Assembly: GCF_009914755.1 (NCBI RefSeq)
Contig: NC_060929.1
Length of the DNA: 64,000 nucleotides
Source: the human T2T-CHM13v2.0 reference genome, Homo sapiens
Direction: 5' to 3' (one strand)
Below the pieces are notes generated by a model. It was given only the letters and a program-made list of their open reading frames with translations. It did no database searches and was not told the DNA's origin. The stretch's first letter is position 1, and each line of letters opens with the position of its first letter. Position numbers and translations under genes: made by a program. This document shows positions 36,661 through 58,056 of the stretch, in pieces.

Positions 36661-37762
36661 CCCTGCCCTGCTCTCCTTGAGGGCCCTCAACACTATCTTC
36701 CCTGGACACAAGTCTGGGGACAGCCGGGTGTTGAGGACCCCAAAGGGGTGACTACCTGCTCCTGGGCCCCACAGAGTCCTTGTGCTCAGTGTAGTGGCTG
36801 AGCTGGGGGATGCCCTGGAATTCGGAGCACACAGCACTGGCTTACTGTGGTACCTGTGCAGTGAAATTGGAGACAGAATCACCAGGATGGAACACAGGTC
36901 TTGCAGGATCACGGAAAACCTTCTTAGAGTTGTCTTGACACCACTGATGTTGAGTGTCCGGGTGTTTGTAGGATGGCCTGCCACTCAGTCCAGGGGCAGG
37001 AGCAACGGGGAGATCCCACAAGCAAAGTGAACTGGGCGATGGGCTGAAGGGGCTCTAGGCAACTGAGCCCTACTCGCAGGTCCTCGGCCTTGGCCCAAAC
37101 AGGAATGAGGGGCACAGAGTGCCCGGGTAACCGCTCCTGGGAGCAGTGGGGAACTGTCGGATACTTGAACTCTCGAGAGCTGGGCTCTGAGCGTCCTCGT
37201 CCAGCTGCCAACTTGGCCAAAGGCTAAGCCAGCAGATTGTTCTGTTGCCGGGCGACGCGACTTCTAAACCTGAGGGAGTGGGCATGTGAGCACATAATGG
37301 CACCAGTGACAGAGCGACCATAATGGATTAATAAGCGCAGCCAGGTACCCGCGCAAGGCACTTGCTGGCAATGGCAGGAGGCGGACGTGGGGGGGGTCGT
37401 GCAATAGGTACTGGAGGGAGAGACGTGGGCACAAAGGTCGCGGGAGGAACAGGTGCCCACAATGGCTGCAGATCTGCCCGTGGATCACTGAAGATTCCTG
37501 CTCTCCTGCTGAGGTGGAGACTGCAGTGAGCTGAGATCGCACCATTGCACTCCAGCCTGGGCAACGAGTGCAAAACTCAGTCTCCAGATAAAAAAAAGAA
37601 AAAGAAAAAAAAGAGGCCGGGTGTGGTGGCTTATGCCTATAATCCTAGCACTTTGGGAGGTCGGGGTGGACGGATCACGAGATCAGGAGTTGGAGGCCAG
37701 CCTGGCCAACATAGTGAAACCCCGTCTCTAGTAAAAATACAAAATTTAGTCAGACATGGTGG

Positions 37763-39870
37763 GCAGGAGAGAGCATGTGCAGGGGAACATCCATTTATAA
37801 AACCATCAGACCTCATGAGACTTATTCACTACCATGAGAACAGCATGGGGGAAACTGCCTCCATGATTCAGTTATCTCCACCTGGCCCCACCCTTGACAC
37901 ATGGGAATTGTTACAATTCAAGATGAGATTTGGGTGGGGACAGAGCCAAACCATATAATTCTTCCCCGGCCCCTCCCAAATCTCATGTCCTCATATTTCA
38001 AAAGCAATCGTGCCTTCCCCTAAGTCCCCCAAACTCTTATTTCAGCATTAACTCAAAATTCCATAGTCCAAAGTCTCATCTGAGACAAGGCAAGTCCCTT
38101 CCACCTGTGAGCCTGTAAAACCAAAAGCAAGTTAGTTATTTTCTAGATACACAGGGATACAGGCATTGGGTAAATACACCCGTTTCAAACGGGAGAAATT
38201 GGCCAAAGCGAAAGAGCTACAGGCCCCATGCAAGTCCAAAACCCAGCAGGCAAATCTTAGAGCTCCAAAATGACCTCCTTTGACTCCATGTGTCACATCT
38301 AGGTGATGCAAGAAGTGGGTTCCCAGGGTCTTGGGCAGCCCCGCCCCTGTGGCTTTGCAGGGTACAGCCCCCCCTTCTGGCTGCATTGAGTGTCTGCAGC
38401 TTTTCCAGGCACACAGTGCAAGCTGTCAGTGGATCTACCATTCTGGGGTCTGGAGGATGGTGGCCCTTTTGTGACAGCTCTGCTTGGCAGTACCCCAGTG
38501 GGGACTCTGTGTGGGGGCTCCAACCCCATATTTCCCTTTGACACTGCCCTAGCAGAGGTTATCCATGAGGGCCCCCCGCTGCCCCGCACAGCAAACTTTT
38601 GCCTGGATTTCCAGGCATTTTCATACATCTTCTGAAATCTAGGCGGAGGTTCATGAACGTTAATTCTTGACTTCGGTGCATCTGCAGGCTTAACACCACC
38701 TAGAACCTGAAAGGCTTGGAACTTGCACCCTCTGAAGCCATGGCCTGAGGTGTACCTTGGCCCCTTTTACCTATGGCAGGAGCAGCTGGGATGCAGGGCA
38801 CCAGGTTCCTAGGCTGCACACAGCAGGGGGTTCTGGACTCACAAGAGCATTTTTCCTTCTAAGCCTCCTGGCCTGTGATGGGAGGGTCTGCTGTGAGGGT
38901 CTCTAACATGCCCTGGAGACATTTGCCCCATTGTCTTGGTGATTAACATTTGGCTCCTCATTACTTATGCAAATTTCTACAACCCAGTCTCCTGAGAAAA
39001 TAGATTTTTCTTTTCTGTTGCATCATCAGGCTACAAATTTTCTGAACTTTTATGCTCTGCTTCTTCTCGAATGCTTTGCTGCTTAGAAATTTCTTCTGTC
39101 AGATACCTTAAATCATCTCTCTCAAGTTCAAAGTTCCACAGATCTCTAGGGAACTCTAGAAAAAAATTCTTATTTTCACTCTTTCCCGCCTATCTTATGC
39201 CCGTTTCTAACACAGGTGCACAGTGCCTGCAGTGTCTTTGCATAGTAAGAGTGACTTTACTCCATTTCCCAACAAATTCCTCATCTCCCTCTGAGACCAC
39301 CTCCGCCTGGACCTTATTGTCCATATCACTATTAACATTTTGGTCAAAGCCATTCAACAAGTCTCTAGGAAGTTCCAAACTTTCCCACATTTTCCTATCC
39401 TCTTCTGAGCCTTCCAAACTGTTCCAGCCTCTCCCTGTTACCCATTTCCAAAGTTGCTTCCACATGTTCGGGTATCTTTACAGCAGCACCCCACTCTACT
39501 GGTATCAACTTATTGTATTAGTCTGTTCTCACACTGCAAATAAAGACATACCTGAGACTGGGTAATTTATAAAGGAAAGAGGTTGAATTGACTCACAGTT
39601 CTGCATGGCTGGGGAGGCCTCACAATCATGGTGGAAGGCAAGGAGGTGCAAAAGCATGTCTCACATAGTGGCAGGCAGGAGAGAGCATGTGCAGGGGAGC
39701 TCCCATTTATAAAACCATCAGATCTCATGAGACTTAGTCACTACCACGAGAACAGTATGGGGGGAACCATCCCCATGATTCAGTTATCTGCACCTGGCCC
39801 CACCCTTGACACGTGGGAATTATTACAATGCAAGGTGAGATTTAGGTGGGGACCCATCCAAACTATGTCA
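37763..39870 (-). mobile_element. THE1-type MaLR element, copy 2
   Basis: Same as copy 1. Confidence 0.88.
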
Positions 39871-40302
39871 GTATGTTTTGACTTCTGGCTTGATTGCTAG
39901 GTTGCATGGAGGACAAACATGGAAATTAATGAAGTACCTTAATATCTGGCTTCAGATCTTAGACAGGATCAGAGGGCCAGCTCAAATTTGCAAGGAGGGG
40001 AGGTAGATCCCACCATTTTATGGGTGAATGGCAAAATCAAGCAGAAATTATGTGGGACGGGAGATACTGATGCAGGCATCTTTGGAAACATTCTACTTAG
40101 CTAATTTTATGCTAGGCTTTAGGTCAAGAAGGAGAGAGAGAGCTGACATGCTGTGGTACACACTTATAGTCCCAGCGACTTGGAAAGCTGAGGCAGGAGG
40201 ATTGCTTGATCCCAGGAGTTTGAGGTAGTGTGCGATGATCGTTCTTGTGAATAGCCACTAGCCACTGAACTCCAGCTTGGGCAACATTGAGACACCCTGT
40301 CT

Positions 40303-40340
<38 letters not shown>

Positions 40341-41474
40341 AGGAAAGAAAGTGGTCTCAGTTTTTAATGTAAATATTTTTAATGGGATAATGATATTTTA
40401 AGATTAATGTATATTGTATATCAGTTAACTATAGGTCAATAATTATATAAAACTTAAGGTACGAAAAACATTTATTTTTGCTAACATATCCGTGAGTTGA
40501 CTGTTCTTGGCTTGGTGAGGCTGCAAGCTGCAGATAGAGTCTAGGTATGATTTCTGTGTGTTTGTTCCCCCTTGGATCAGTGGACTACCTGAGAATGTGT
40601 TTTTGTCACAGTGATAGAATCACAAGGAAACTCCAGTTCTGGAAGTACATTTTAAGCCATTGCTTCTATCATGTCCACTAACATTCAGTCAGCCAAAGCA
40701 CATACCTTGTCCATGGCTAACATTGATAGTATAGATAAATATACCTGATCTCTAGCAGGAGGAACTGCATTGTCTTGGGGAAAGGTTTTAGATATAGGGA
40801 GGGGTGATGAGTTGGGAACAATAATGTAGTCTGCCACAAACATATTAAAGTGTAACTGGATATGGTTGCTGCAGAATTTTGAACCTTTGTTTTAATTGTG
40901 ATTTTTACTCTTTTCCCCCTATCTAGTGCCCTTTCGTAATACAGTAATTCTCATGATTTTTGTCTGAATTGAAATCTTCTGAGATTAGATTGTCTACGAA
41001 AATACAGTCGATCCTCCTTGTTTTCAGCTTTTGTATTTGTGAACTCACCTACTATTTTTTGTAACCCCCAAATCAGTACTCACAGCACTTTCATAGTCAT
41101 GTGTTTGCGCAGAGTGTCAAAGAATTTGAGTTTGAACAGGATGATATTCTGCCTTCTTTTTCAGCTCTCATACAATAGTCAGGTATCCTTTTTGTGGTCT
41201 ATTTAATGCCATGCTTTTCCTGTTTTTGTACTGTTTGTTGGTTGTTTTGCCATTTAAATTAACCCCCAAGCATAGTGCTGAAGTGCTGCTTAGCATTCAC
41301 AAGTCCAAGAAGTCTGTGATGTGTCTTACAGAGGAAATACATGCATTGAATAAACTCCATTCAGGCGTGAGTGCTGTAGTGCCATTGGCTGTGAGTTCAG
41401 TGTTAATGAATGAACAATGTGTATTATTTATTTATTCTTCATTTAATTAATTATTATTATTTTTTTTGAGATAG

Positions 41475-41827
<353 letters not shown>

Positions 41828-42132
41828 TAAGCTTACAAAAATGTGACCAGTAGCTTGCTGAAACCTAACTTTTTATTTGTTCATGGAACTTTCTAGACCG
41901 TAACTACACTGAATAATGAGAATCTGCTGTAATATTTTTAGGTGCTGTAGATGAGCCATTGGATTAAATTATTACAGTATGTTTCAGACTGCTCTATGTT
42001 GAACCCTAGTGAAATGCCTCTCAAACCCTCCTAAGGATCACAATCTCATGTCCTTTTTTTTGTTATTAAATGCCCAGTATGTGTTAGCGATTTAAACAAA
42101 ATTCAAATATTTTTTTTTTTTTTTTTTTTTGA

Positions 42133-42423
<291 letters not shown>

Positions 42424-43253
42424 TAATAATAACCATTCTGACTGGTGTGAGATGGTATGCCATTGTGGTTTTGATTTGCATTTCTCTAATGATCAGTGAT
42501 ATTGGGCTTTTTTTCATATGCTTGTTGGCCGCATGTGTGTCTTCTTTTGAAGTGTCTGTTTATGTCCTTTGCCCACTTTCTAATGAGATTTTTTTTTTCT
42601 TGTAAATTTGTTTAAGTTCCTTATCAGTGTTGGACATTAGATCTTTGTCACATGCATTGTTGCAACAATTTTCTCCTATTCTGTAGGTTGTCTGTTCACT
42701 CTGTTGATAGTTTCTTCTGCTGTGCAGAAGCTTCAAGAAGAAAGGAATCCGATTGGTTCTGTGTCTGTCTCTTTTGGTATTCTCAGACTTATGTAGTCAT
42801 CCATATAGAAAGGTGATTAGGAAAATAGGACAAGAATAGCAGAAATCTACATAAAAATGTAGGAAATTAAAATTAGTTACCAGCATACAAAAAACTACTA
42901 TATGTTATAATTACATACTATAACTCACCCCTCCTTGCCAAATATTCTCTCTCTTTTGACTTCAAAATCATGGCTTATATGTACTTTCTCTATTTCCCAG
43001 ATGCAAATATAATTAATTGACTTTATTTATCTAGGAAATATTACTGATATCTTAATTGTAGTCATTGGCTTGAGTGACGGGTTTTGGTAATTCAACTACT
43101 ATTACTTGAAAGTAGTAGATTTCATAAGATACTGTTATAAAATCTTTTTAACCTCTTTTCTGATTTCAGGAGTAATTAGTAATTGTGGTTTACTGGAAAA
43201 TTCAATGAATAGCGTGTTAAAGGAAGCAATTCGTTAATAATATATCTAATCTA

Positions 43254-43520
<267 letters not shown>

Positions 43521-43972
43521 TTAAATTAAAAAAAAGCGGGCCGGGCGCATTGGTTCAGGGCCGGGCACGGTGGCTCAAGCCTGTAATCCCAGCACTTTGG
43601 GAGGCCGAGGCAGGCGGATCACGAGGTCAGGAGATCAAGACCATCCTGGCTAATGTGGTGAAACCCGGTCTCTACTAACAATACAAAAATTAGCTGGATG
43701 TGGTGGCAGGTGCCTGTAATCCCAGCTATTCCAGAGGCTGAGGCAGGAGAATCACTTGAACCTGGGAGGCAGAGGTTTCAGTGAGTCCAGATCATGCCAC
43801 TGCACTCCAGCCTGGGTGACAGAGCGAGATTCTATCTCAAAAAAAAAAAAAAAAAAAAAAAAAGCAACAGAAGCAAATGAGAGTGCCTGGGAGTGGTCAT
43901 TGTGGGGCATTCCTGTTTGTGTGACCCAGGTCATGTCCCTCCCTAAGCCCTGGTCTCTCTTGCCTCCTGCAG

Positions 43973-49853
<5,881 letters not shown>

Positions 49854-50473
49854 GTAAGCGGTGTTGAACTTTCTGCTTGTGTATTCTCTCTGGGCAGAGA
49901 TGCCAACTTGCCTCTCCCACCATGCCATCTCTGAAGAATATTACAGACCATTTTGGAGCATGGTGAATAAGAAATTTTTACCTTAGGAGTTCACTTGAAT
50001 AGTCATTTTTATATTTGTGACTGCAAGTCACTTTTAGGGGCTGTACTTCCTTAGTACTGGTAGCATTATTATCCAATGGACTTTTATAGCTTTCATTAGG
50101 TTTTCTTTTGTTTTTGTTCTTTAAAGAACATTTTACTTAACTTAGTATTTCATTTTTCGTCTATATTATGAGGCAGTAAGAGTCTTCTGTTTTTCCAAAG
50201 TTGAGACTGCTTTATATTTATTTCATATTGTCTACAGCTGTAGTGTTCAATACATTAGCCACTAGCCACATGTGGTTATTTAAATAAGATAAAATAAAAA
50301 TTGGCCGGGCGTGGTGGCTCACGCCTGTAATCCCAGCACTTTGGGAGGCCGAGGCGGGCAGATCATTAGGTCAGGAGATCGAGACCATCCTTACTAAGAC
50401 GGTGAACCCCCATCTCTATTAAAAATACAAAAAATTAGCCGGGCGTGGTGGCGGGCGCCTGCAGTCCCAGCTA

Positions 50474-51077
<604 letters not shown>

Positions 51078-53459
51078 TCAGTATCCTCACATGGTAGGGA
51101 GAAAAGCAGCTCTAGTGTCTCTTCTTATAAAGGAAGTAATGCCACCATAGGGGCTCTATTCTCATGACCTCATCTAAACGTAATTCTCTCCTAAAGGCCA
51201 CGCCTCCCAGTATCCTCACCTTGGGGGTTAGGGCTTTATCATATGAATTTTTTTTTTTTTTTTTTTTGAGACAGAGTCTCGCTCTGTCTGTCACCCAGGC
51301 TGGAGTGCAGTGGCACAATCTCGGCTCTCTACAAGCTCCGCCTCCTGGGTTCACGCCATTCTCCTGCGTCAGCCTCCTCAGTAGCTGGGACTAAGGCGCC
51401 CGCCACTGCGCCCGGCTAATTTTTTTGTATTTTTAGTAGAGACGGGGTTTTACCATGTTAGCCAGGATGATCTCGATCTCCTGACCTCGTGATCCACCCA
51501 CCTCGGCCTCCCAAAGTGCTGGGATTACAGGCATGAGCCACCGCGCCTGGCCTATCATATGAATTTTGAGGGAACACAATCATGCAGTCTGTAGCAGATG
51601 GTAATAGGCTGATATATTACACTTGTTGATGTAAATCTGATAGGTTTCTTTCTCTCCAAGGACAGCTTTTTAAATATTTAACAGTATCAATAATTTTTCA
51701 GTTTCTGTGAGAATTTTATAATTTATAATTTGCAGACTTAATGTATAATCTATTTTGTCCTAACAATTACAAATATATTTTTTATTTCAGATTATATATA
51801 TTCCTACCAGATGGAGATAATTACAGCTTTAAAAATTTTTATTTTTTCATTTTATTTCACATATTGACATTAAATTTTTATTGACACATAATAATTGTAC
51901 ATATATATGGGGTACAATGTGATGTTTTAATACATGTACTCAATGTGTAATGATCAAATCAGGGTAATTTGCATAATGATTTTTCTGTAGGGAGAAAATT
52001 CAAAATCTACTCTTCTGGCTATTTTCAAATATATAATATGTTATTGTTAACTATACTCATCCTACTATGCAATAGGACACCAGAACTTATTCCTGGGTTC
52101 TACATCTGTTAAGCCAACCAAAGATTGGAAATATTGGGAAAAAAAATTGCGTCTGTACTGAACATGTACAGACTTTTTTCTTGTCCTTATTCCTTACACA
52201 ATATAGTACAATAACTATTTGCATGACATTTACATCGGATATTATGAGTGATCTAGAGTTGATATGAAGTATATGGGAGGATGTGCAAAGGTGATGTGCA
52301 AATACTATGTCATTTTATATCAGGGACTTGAGTATCCTTTGTTATCCTCAGGAGATCCTGAAACTAGTCCTCCATGGATACTGAGGGCTGACTGTCTAGT
52401 CCTATCCTCACGGAACTTTCATTGTAATGAGGGAAGACTGACTATAAACAAAATATATGTAATAGGTGGTGGTAAGTACCGTGGAGAAGTAACAAATGGG
52501 GCAAAGTGAGTTATACAGCTCCATCCTTAGAAACCTTGGAGTACTTTTCTTAGTTTATACTCGTGGTGGTTTCCTTTTGTCTCCTTTATTACATGGGACT
52601 CTGACATGTGCCCATAGCTAGGGTGGCAGTAGGATCTACCCGAAAAGCGTCCTGCTGATACAGGACCAAAGCATCCTGTTGTTCTCGAGCCTATAAAAAG
52701 AGCTAATGGTCTTGCTTCTCTTAACTGTGGCCTCCTACACTGTGTTTTGGATGATTGGTGATGTCTTGGATATTCTGTTTCTTTGGAACTTTGAATATAC
52801 AACACTTTACTAGGGAATTAGCAATGGAAGCAGAGCAAAGATGTACAGAGGAAACAATGCATAACTCTGATGGAATTGAAGTCATGAGGCAGCAGAGAGC
52901 TTAAATTAGAGCTTTAAAAATTTTTATTTTTTAGAGGGAATTTAATTGGGAGTAACAGCAGTAATAGTTAACGGAGCCAGAATGCTTGAGTCATATAATT
53001 GCAAAGCAGAGTTGGGAGCAACAGATGCTAAAGAGTAGTTGCTGTAGTTCCTCTTTGGGTCGTAGGAGCAGTTGTCATGTTACTATATAGCTACTGAATG
53101 AAGAAGAGTTCTTAGTGAGGCCTGGGTGAACAGCTCTTCTTAGTATTCTGTGTGACCCCATTTGACCTTTTAACAAATCCCTAAGAAAATAAATAGCCCC
53201 TAAGGTAAACTAAGTTTTTCTCTGCTATTTTTTTGCTTGAGAGAGCTATAACTGTAGTAGACTTATATTTCTGAACATTTTAGTGCTTGCCAATATTTGG
53301 TAATATTTATGTTTCCTATATTTGTAATGAACATTCTTCTTCCGGTACATTTTTTGTTAAATTATTGTTTCATGCATAAAAGTTCACCTTTTATTGTATA
53401 AAATTGACTCAGATTAATTTATACACATTGACAATGGGTAAATAGAGCTTTTCAGATTA

Positions 53460-56400
53460 TTAAAAGCTGAAGGATGCCCATGTAAGCAAAAACAAAAAAG
53501 AAAAAACCAACAAAAATAAACCCAAACCCCTCAAACAATTTCGAACACAAAACATTCTTCTCACGCCGGCATCCCTGCTTGCAGGTGTGAGGGGGGCAGG
53601 AATCAGCGAGGTGTCCTGGGCTGAGTCCCCGGAGTGGGAAGAGGTGGCAGGAAGGGGATCTGAGGAGGAGAACAGGGGTCCTGGTGGTCTGTGCTTCTTC
53701 CCAGACACGGGAGCTGTAGAGGAGACCTCTGCAGCAGATGCTAGGGGGGCCACTAGGCCTAGGCAGTCTTGGGACTTGGGTCTGTCCTGCTGTGCATCCA
53801 TAGTGGGTGCTTTAGAAAGGGGAGGCCCACGCGAAGCCCCCGTTGCAAGTGAGGACAAAGTGTGGGAAGGCCGTGAGGGTCTGCAGTCCGAGATGGCCTT
53901 GCCCTCAACGTGCAGTGCACTGTTGATGTGGGGCCTAGAGGCCTGGGATCTGGGGGAGCCACCCCTGGGGGCGAGTGTCTGCCCTGGTGCTGTATCTGCC
54001 TTTTGACAGCGGGTGTGACCCGAAGAGACAGCCTGAGGTCCGTCCTCACTCACTGTGTTTGAGGAACTGAGGGCCAGCTGGCAGTGGCATGAGGCTGGCC
54101 CCCTCCTCCGCTTTAGTTCCGGGAGGCCTTCCGTAGAACTGTGGGAGCTGGAGCTGGCATTTCCTTGGAGGCAGGATCTGGTCCGGGAGGTCTGGGATCT
54201 CTGGTTATATCTCACTTCTGACCTCTGGGCACGTGCTGCAGCTGTGGCTGAGGCCAAGAAATGTGAGGGGCCTCCATTCACTGCATTGAGTAGTGACCCC
54301 GACGTGGGGTTCAATGTGGAGGGGGGAGGGGCTGCTGCTGCAGCTGCAGGAGCGGAGGTGCCAGGCCTTGTTCTTCTCATGCTGGCATCCCTGCTTGCAG
54401 CTGTGAAGGGGGCAGGAATCAGCGAGGTGACCTGGGCTGAGTCCCGGGAGTGGGAAGAGGTGGCAGGAAGGGGATCTGAGGAGGAGAACAGGGGTCCTGG
54501 TGGTCTGTGCTTCTTCCCAGACACGGGAGCTGTAGAGGAGACCTCTGCAGCAGATGCTAGGGGGGCCACTAGGCCCAGGCAGTCTTGGGACTTGGGTCTG
54601 TCCTGCTGTGCATCCATAGTGGGTGCTTTAGAAACGGGAGGCCCACCCGAAGCCCCCGTTGCAAGTGAGGACAAAGTGTGGGAAGGCCGTGAGGGTCTGC
54701 AGTCCGAGATGGCCTTGTCCTCAACGTGCAGTGCACTGTTGATGTGGGGCCTAGAGGCCTGGGATCTGGGGGAGCCACCCCTGGGGGCGAGTGTCTGCCC
54801 TGGTGCTGTATCTGCCTTCTTTTCACAGCGGTGACCCGTAGAGACAGCCTGAGCTCCGTCCTCACTCACTGTCTTTGAGGAACTGTGGGCCAGCTGGCAG
54901 TGGGATGAGGCTGGCCCCCTCCTCCGCTTTAGTTCCGGGAGGCCTTCCGTAGAGCTGTGGGAGCTGGAGCTGGCATTTCGTTTGAGGCAGGATCTGGTCC
55001 GGGAGGTCTGGGATCTCTGGTTATATCTCACTTCTGACCTCTGGGCACGTGCTGCAGCTGTGGCTGAGGCCAAGAAATGTGAGGGGCCTCCATCCACTGC
55101 ATTGAGTAGTGACCCCGACGTGGGGTTCAATGTGGAGGGGGGAGGGGCTGCTGCGGCAGCTGCAGGAGCCGACCTTGTTCTTCTCATGCCGGCATCCCTG
55201 CTTGCAGCTGTGAAGGGGGCAGGAATCATCGAGGTGACCTGGGCTGAGTCCCGGGAGTGGGAAGAGGTGGCAGGAAGGGTATCTGAGGAGGAGAACAGGG
55301 GTCCTGGTGGTCTGTGCTTCTTCCCAGACACGGGAGCTGTAGAGGGGACCTCTGCAGCAGATGCTAGGGGGGCCACTAGGCCCAGGCAGTCTTGGGACTT
55401 GGGTCTGTCCTGCTGTGCATCCATAGTGGGTGCTTTAGAAACGGGAGGCCCACGCGAAGCCCCTGTTGCAAGTGAGGACAAAGTGTGGGAAGGCCGTGAG
55501 GGTCTGCAGTCCGAGATGGCCTTGTCCTCAACGTGCAGTGCACTGTTGATGTGGGGCCTAGAGGCCTGGGATCTGGGGGAGCCACCCCTGGGGGCGAGTG
55601 TCTGCCCTGGTGCTGTGTCTGCCTTCTTTTCACAGCGGTGACCCGTAGAGACAGCCTGAGCTCCGTCCTCACTCACTGTCTTTGAGGAACTGTGGGCCAG
55701 CTGGCAGTGGGATGAGGCTGGCCCCCTCCTCCGCTTTAGTTCCGGGAGGCCTTCCGTAGAGCTGTGGGAGCTGGAGCTGGCATTTCGTTTGAGGCAGGAT
55801 CTGGTCCGGGTGGTCTGGGATCTCTGGTTATATCTCACTTCTGACCTCTGGGCACGTGCTGCAGCTGTGGCTGAGGCCAAGAAATGTGAGGGGCCTCCAT
55901 CCACTGCATTGAGTAGTGACCCCGACGTGGGGTTCAATGTGGAGGGGGGAGGGGCTGCTGCGGCAGCTGCAGGGGCCGACCTTGTTCTTCTCATGCCGGC
56001 ATCCCTGCTTGCAGCTGTGAAGGGGGCAGGAATCATCGAGGTGACCTGGGCTGAGTCCCGGGAGTGGGAAGAGGTGGCAGGAAGGGTATCTGAGGAGGAG
56101 AACAGGGGTCCTGGTGGTCTCTGCTTCTTCCCAGACACGGGAGCTGTAGAGGAGACCTCTGCAGCAGATGCTAGGGGGGCCACTAGGCCCAGGCAGTCTT
56201 GGGACTTGGGTCTGTCCTGCTGTGCATCCATAGTGGGTGCTTTAGAAAGGGGAGGCCCACCCGAAGCCCCTGTTGCAAGTGAGGACAAAGTGTGGGAAGG
56301 CCGTGAGGGTCTGCAGTCCGAGATGGCCTTGTCCTCAACGTGCAGTGCACTGTTGATGCGCTGGAATGCTGCCTGTTTTTCCAGGTGCAGGTCTTCCGCC

Positions 56401-56954
56401 GTGACCCGGTACCCCAGCTCTAAGGGAGGTGGCAGCATCAAAGGCTCCCCTCGCCTGCTTGGCAGCAGGCGAATCTTGCGTCTACGGGGCCTAGAGGCCT
56501 GGGATCTGGGGGAGCCACCCCTTGGGGCGAGTGTCTCCCCTGGTGCTGTATCTGCCGCCTTTTCACACCGTGTGTGACCCGAAGAGACAGCCTGAGGCCT
56601 GTCCTCACTCACTGTCTTTGAGTAACTGAGGGTCAGCTGGCAGCGGGATGAGGCTGGTCCCCTCCTCTGCTTTAGCCCCGGCAAGCCTCCCGTGGAGCTG
56701 TAGGAGCTGGAGATGGCATTTCGTTTTGTGCTCGAGCTCGTCCAGGATGTCTGGGATGTCTGGTTATATCTGATTTCTGAGCTCTGGGCATCGAGGTCTG
56801 TCTGCAGAGGCCCGGGCCTGGGCACAAAGGGAGAGAGGCCTCCATTGTCCCGCAGGGGCCAAAATGCAGACCGTGCATCCCCGGTGACCTCGGGGACCGT
56901 TCTCTGATCAGCAGGATTTTCTTGGACTCTGGGGTCCTTGTCCTGCTCAGGCAT
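53460..56954 (-). CDS. POM121L1: Putative POM121-like protein 1-like, copy 3 (frame open to 57278)
   Basis: Translation appears identical to copy 1. Confidence 0.72.
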   Translation of the reverse strand: MPEQDKDPRVQENPADQRTVPEVTGDARSAFWPLRDNGGLSPFVPRPGPLQTDLDAQSSEIRYNQTSQTSWTSSSTKRNAISSSYSSTGGLPGLKQRRGPASSRCQLTLSYSKTVSEDRPQAVSSGHTRCEKAADTAPGETLAPRGGSPRSQASRPRRRKIRLLPSRRGEPLMLPPPLELGYRVTAEDLHLEKQAAFQRINSALHVEDKAISDCRPSRPSHTLSSLATGASGGPPLSKAPTMDAQQDRPKSQDCLGLVAPLASAAEVSSTAPVSGKKQRPPGPLFSSSDTLPATSSHSRDSAQVTSMIPAPFTAASRDAGMRRTRSAPAAAAAAPPPSTLNPTSGSLLNAVDGGPSHFLASATAAARAQRSEVRYNQRSQTTRTRSCLKRNASSSSHSSTEGLPELKRRRGPASSHCQLAHSSSKTVSEDGAQAVSTGHRCEKKADTAPGQTLAPRGGSPRSQASRPHINSALHVEDKAISDCRPSRPSHTLSSLATGASRGPPVSKAPTMDAQQDRPKSQDCLGLVAPLASAAEVPSTAPVSGKKHRPPGPLFSSSDTLPATSSHSRDSAQVTSMIPAPFTAASRDAGMRRTRSAPAAAAAAPPPSTLNPTSGSLLNAVDGGPSHFLASATAAARAQRSEVRYNQRSQTSRTRSCLKRNASSSSHSSTEGLPELKRRRGPASSHCQLAHSSSKTVSEDGAQAVSTGHRCEKKADTAPGQTLAPRGGSPRSQASRPHINSALHVEDKAISDCRPSRPSHTLSSLATGASGGPPVSKAPTMDAQQDRPKSQDCLGLVAPLASAAEVSSTAPVSGKKHRPPGPLFSSSDPLPATSSHSRDSAQVTSLIPAPFTAASRDASMRRTRPGTSAPAAAAAAPPPSTLNPTSGSLLNAVNGGPSHFLASATAAARAQRSEVRYNQRSQTSRTRSCLQGNASSSSHSSTEGLPELKRRRGPASCHCQLALSSSNTVSEDGPQAVSSGHTRCQKADTAPGQTLAPRGGSPRSQASRPHINSALHVEGKAISDCRPSRPSHTLSSLATGASRGPPLSKAPTMDAQQDRPKSQDCLGLVAPLASAAEVSSTAPVSGKKHRPPGPLFSSSDPLPATSSHSGDSAQDTSLIPAPLTPASRDAGVRRMFCVRNCLRGLGLFLLVFSFLFLLTWASFSF

Positions 56955-58056
56955 CCCTGCCCTGCTCTCCTTGAGGGCCCTCAACACTATCTTCCCTGGA
57001 CACAAGTCTGGGGACAGCCGGGTGTTGAGGACCCCAAAGGGGTGACTACCTGCTCCTGGGCCCCACAGAGTCCTTGTGCTCAGTGTAGTGGCTGAGCTGG
57101 GGGATGCCCTGGAATTCGGAGCACACAGCACTGGCTTACTGTGGTACCTGTGCAGTGAAATTGGAGACAGAATCACCAGGATGGAACACAGGTCTTGCAG
57201 GATCACGGAAAACCTTCTTAGAGTTGTCTTGACACCACTGATGTTGAGTGTCCGGGTGTTTGTAGGATGGCCTGCCACTCAGTCCAGGGGCAGGAGCAAC
57301 GGGGAGATCCCACAAGCAAAGTGAACTGGGCGATGGGCTGAAGGGGCTCTAGGCAACTGAGCCCTACTCGCAGGTCCTCGGCCTTGGCCCAAACAGGAAT
57401 GAGGGGCACAGAGTGCCCGGGTAACCGCTCCTGGGAGCAGTGGGGAACTGTCGGATACTTGAACTCTCGAGAGCTGGGCTCTGAGCGTCCTCGTCCAGCT
57501 GCCAACTTGGCCAAAGGCTAAGCCAGCAGATTGTTCTGTTGCCGGGCGACGCGACTTCTAAACCTGAGGGAGTGGGCATGTGAGCACATAATGGCACCAG
57601 TGACAGAGCGACCATAATGGATTAATAAGCGCAGCCAGGTACCCGCGCAAGGCACTTGCTGGCAATGGCAGGAGGCGGACGTGGGGGGGGTCGTGCAATA
57701 GGTACTGGAGGGAGAGACGTGGGCACAAAGGTCGCGGGAGGAACAGGTGCCCACAATGGCTGCAGATCTGCCCGTGGATCACTGAAGATTCCTGCTCTCC
57801 TGCTGAGGTGGAGACTGCAGTGAGCTGAGATCGCACCATTGCACTCCAGCCTGGGCAACGAGTGCAAAACTCAGTCTCCAGATAAAAAAAAGAAAAAGAA
57901 AAAAAAGAGGCCGGGTGTGGTGGCTTATGCCTATAATCCTAGCACTTTGGGAGGTCGGGGTGGACGGATCACGAGATCAGGAGTTGGAGGCCAGCCTGGC
58001 CAACATAGTGAAACCCCGTCTCTAGTAAAAATACAAAATTTAGTCAGACATGGTGG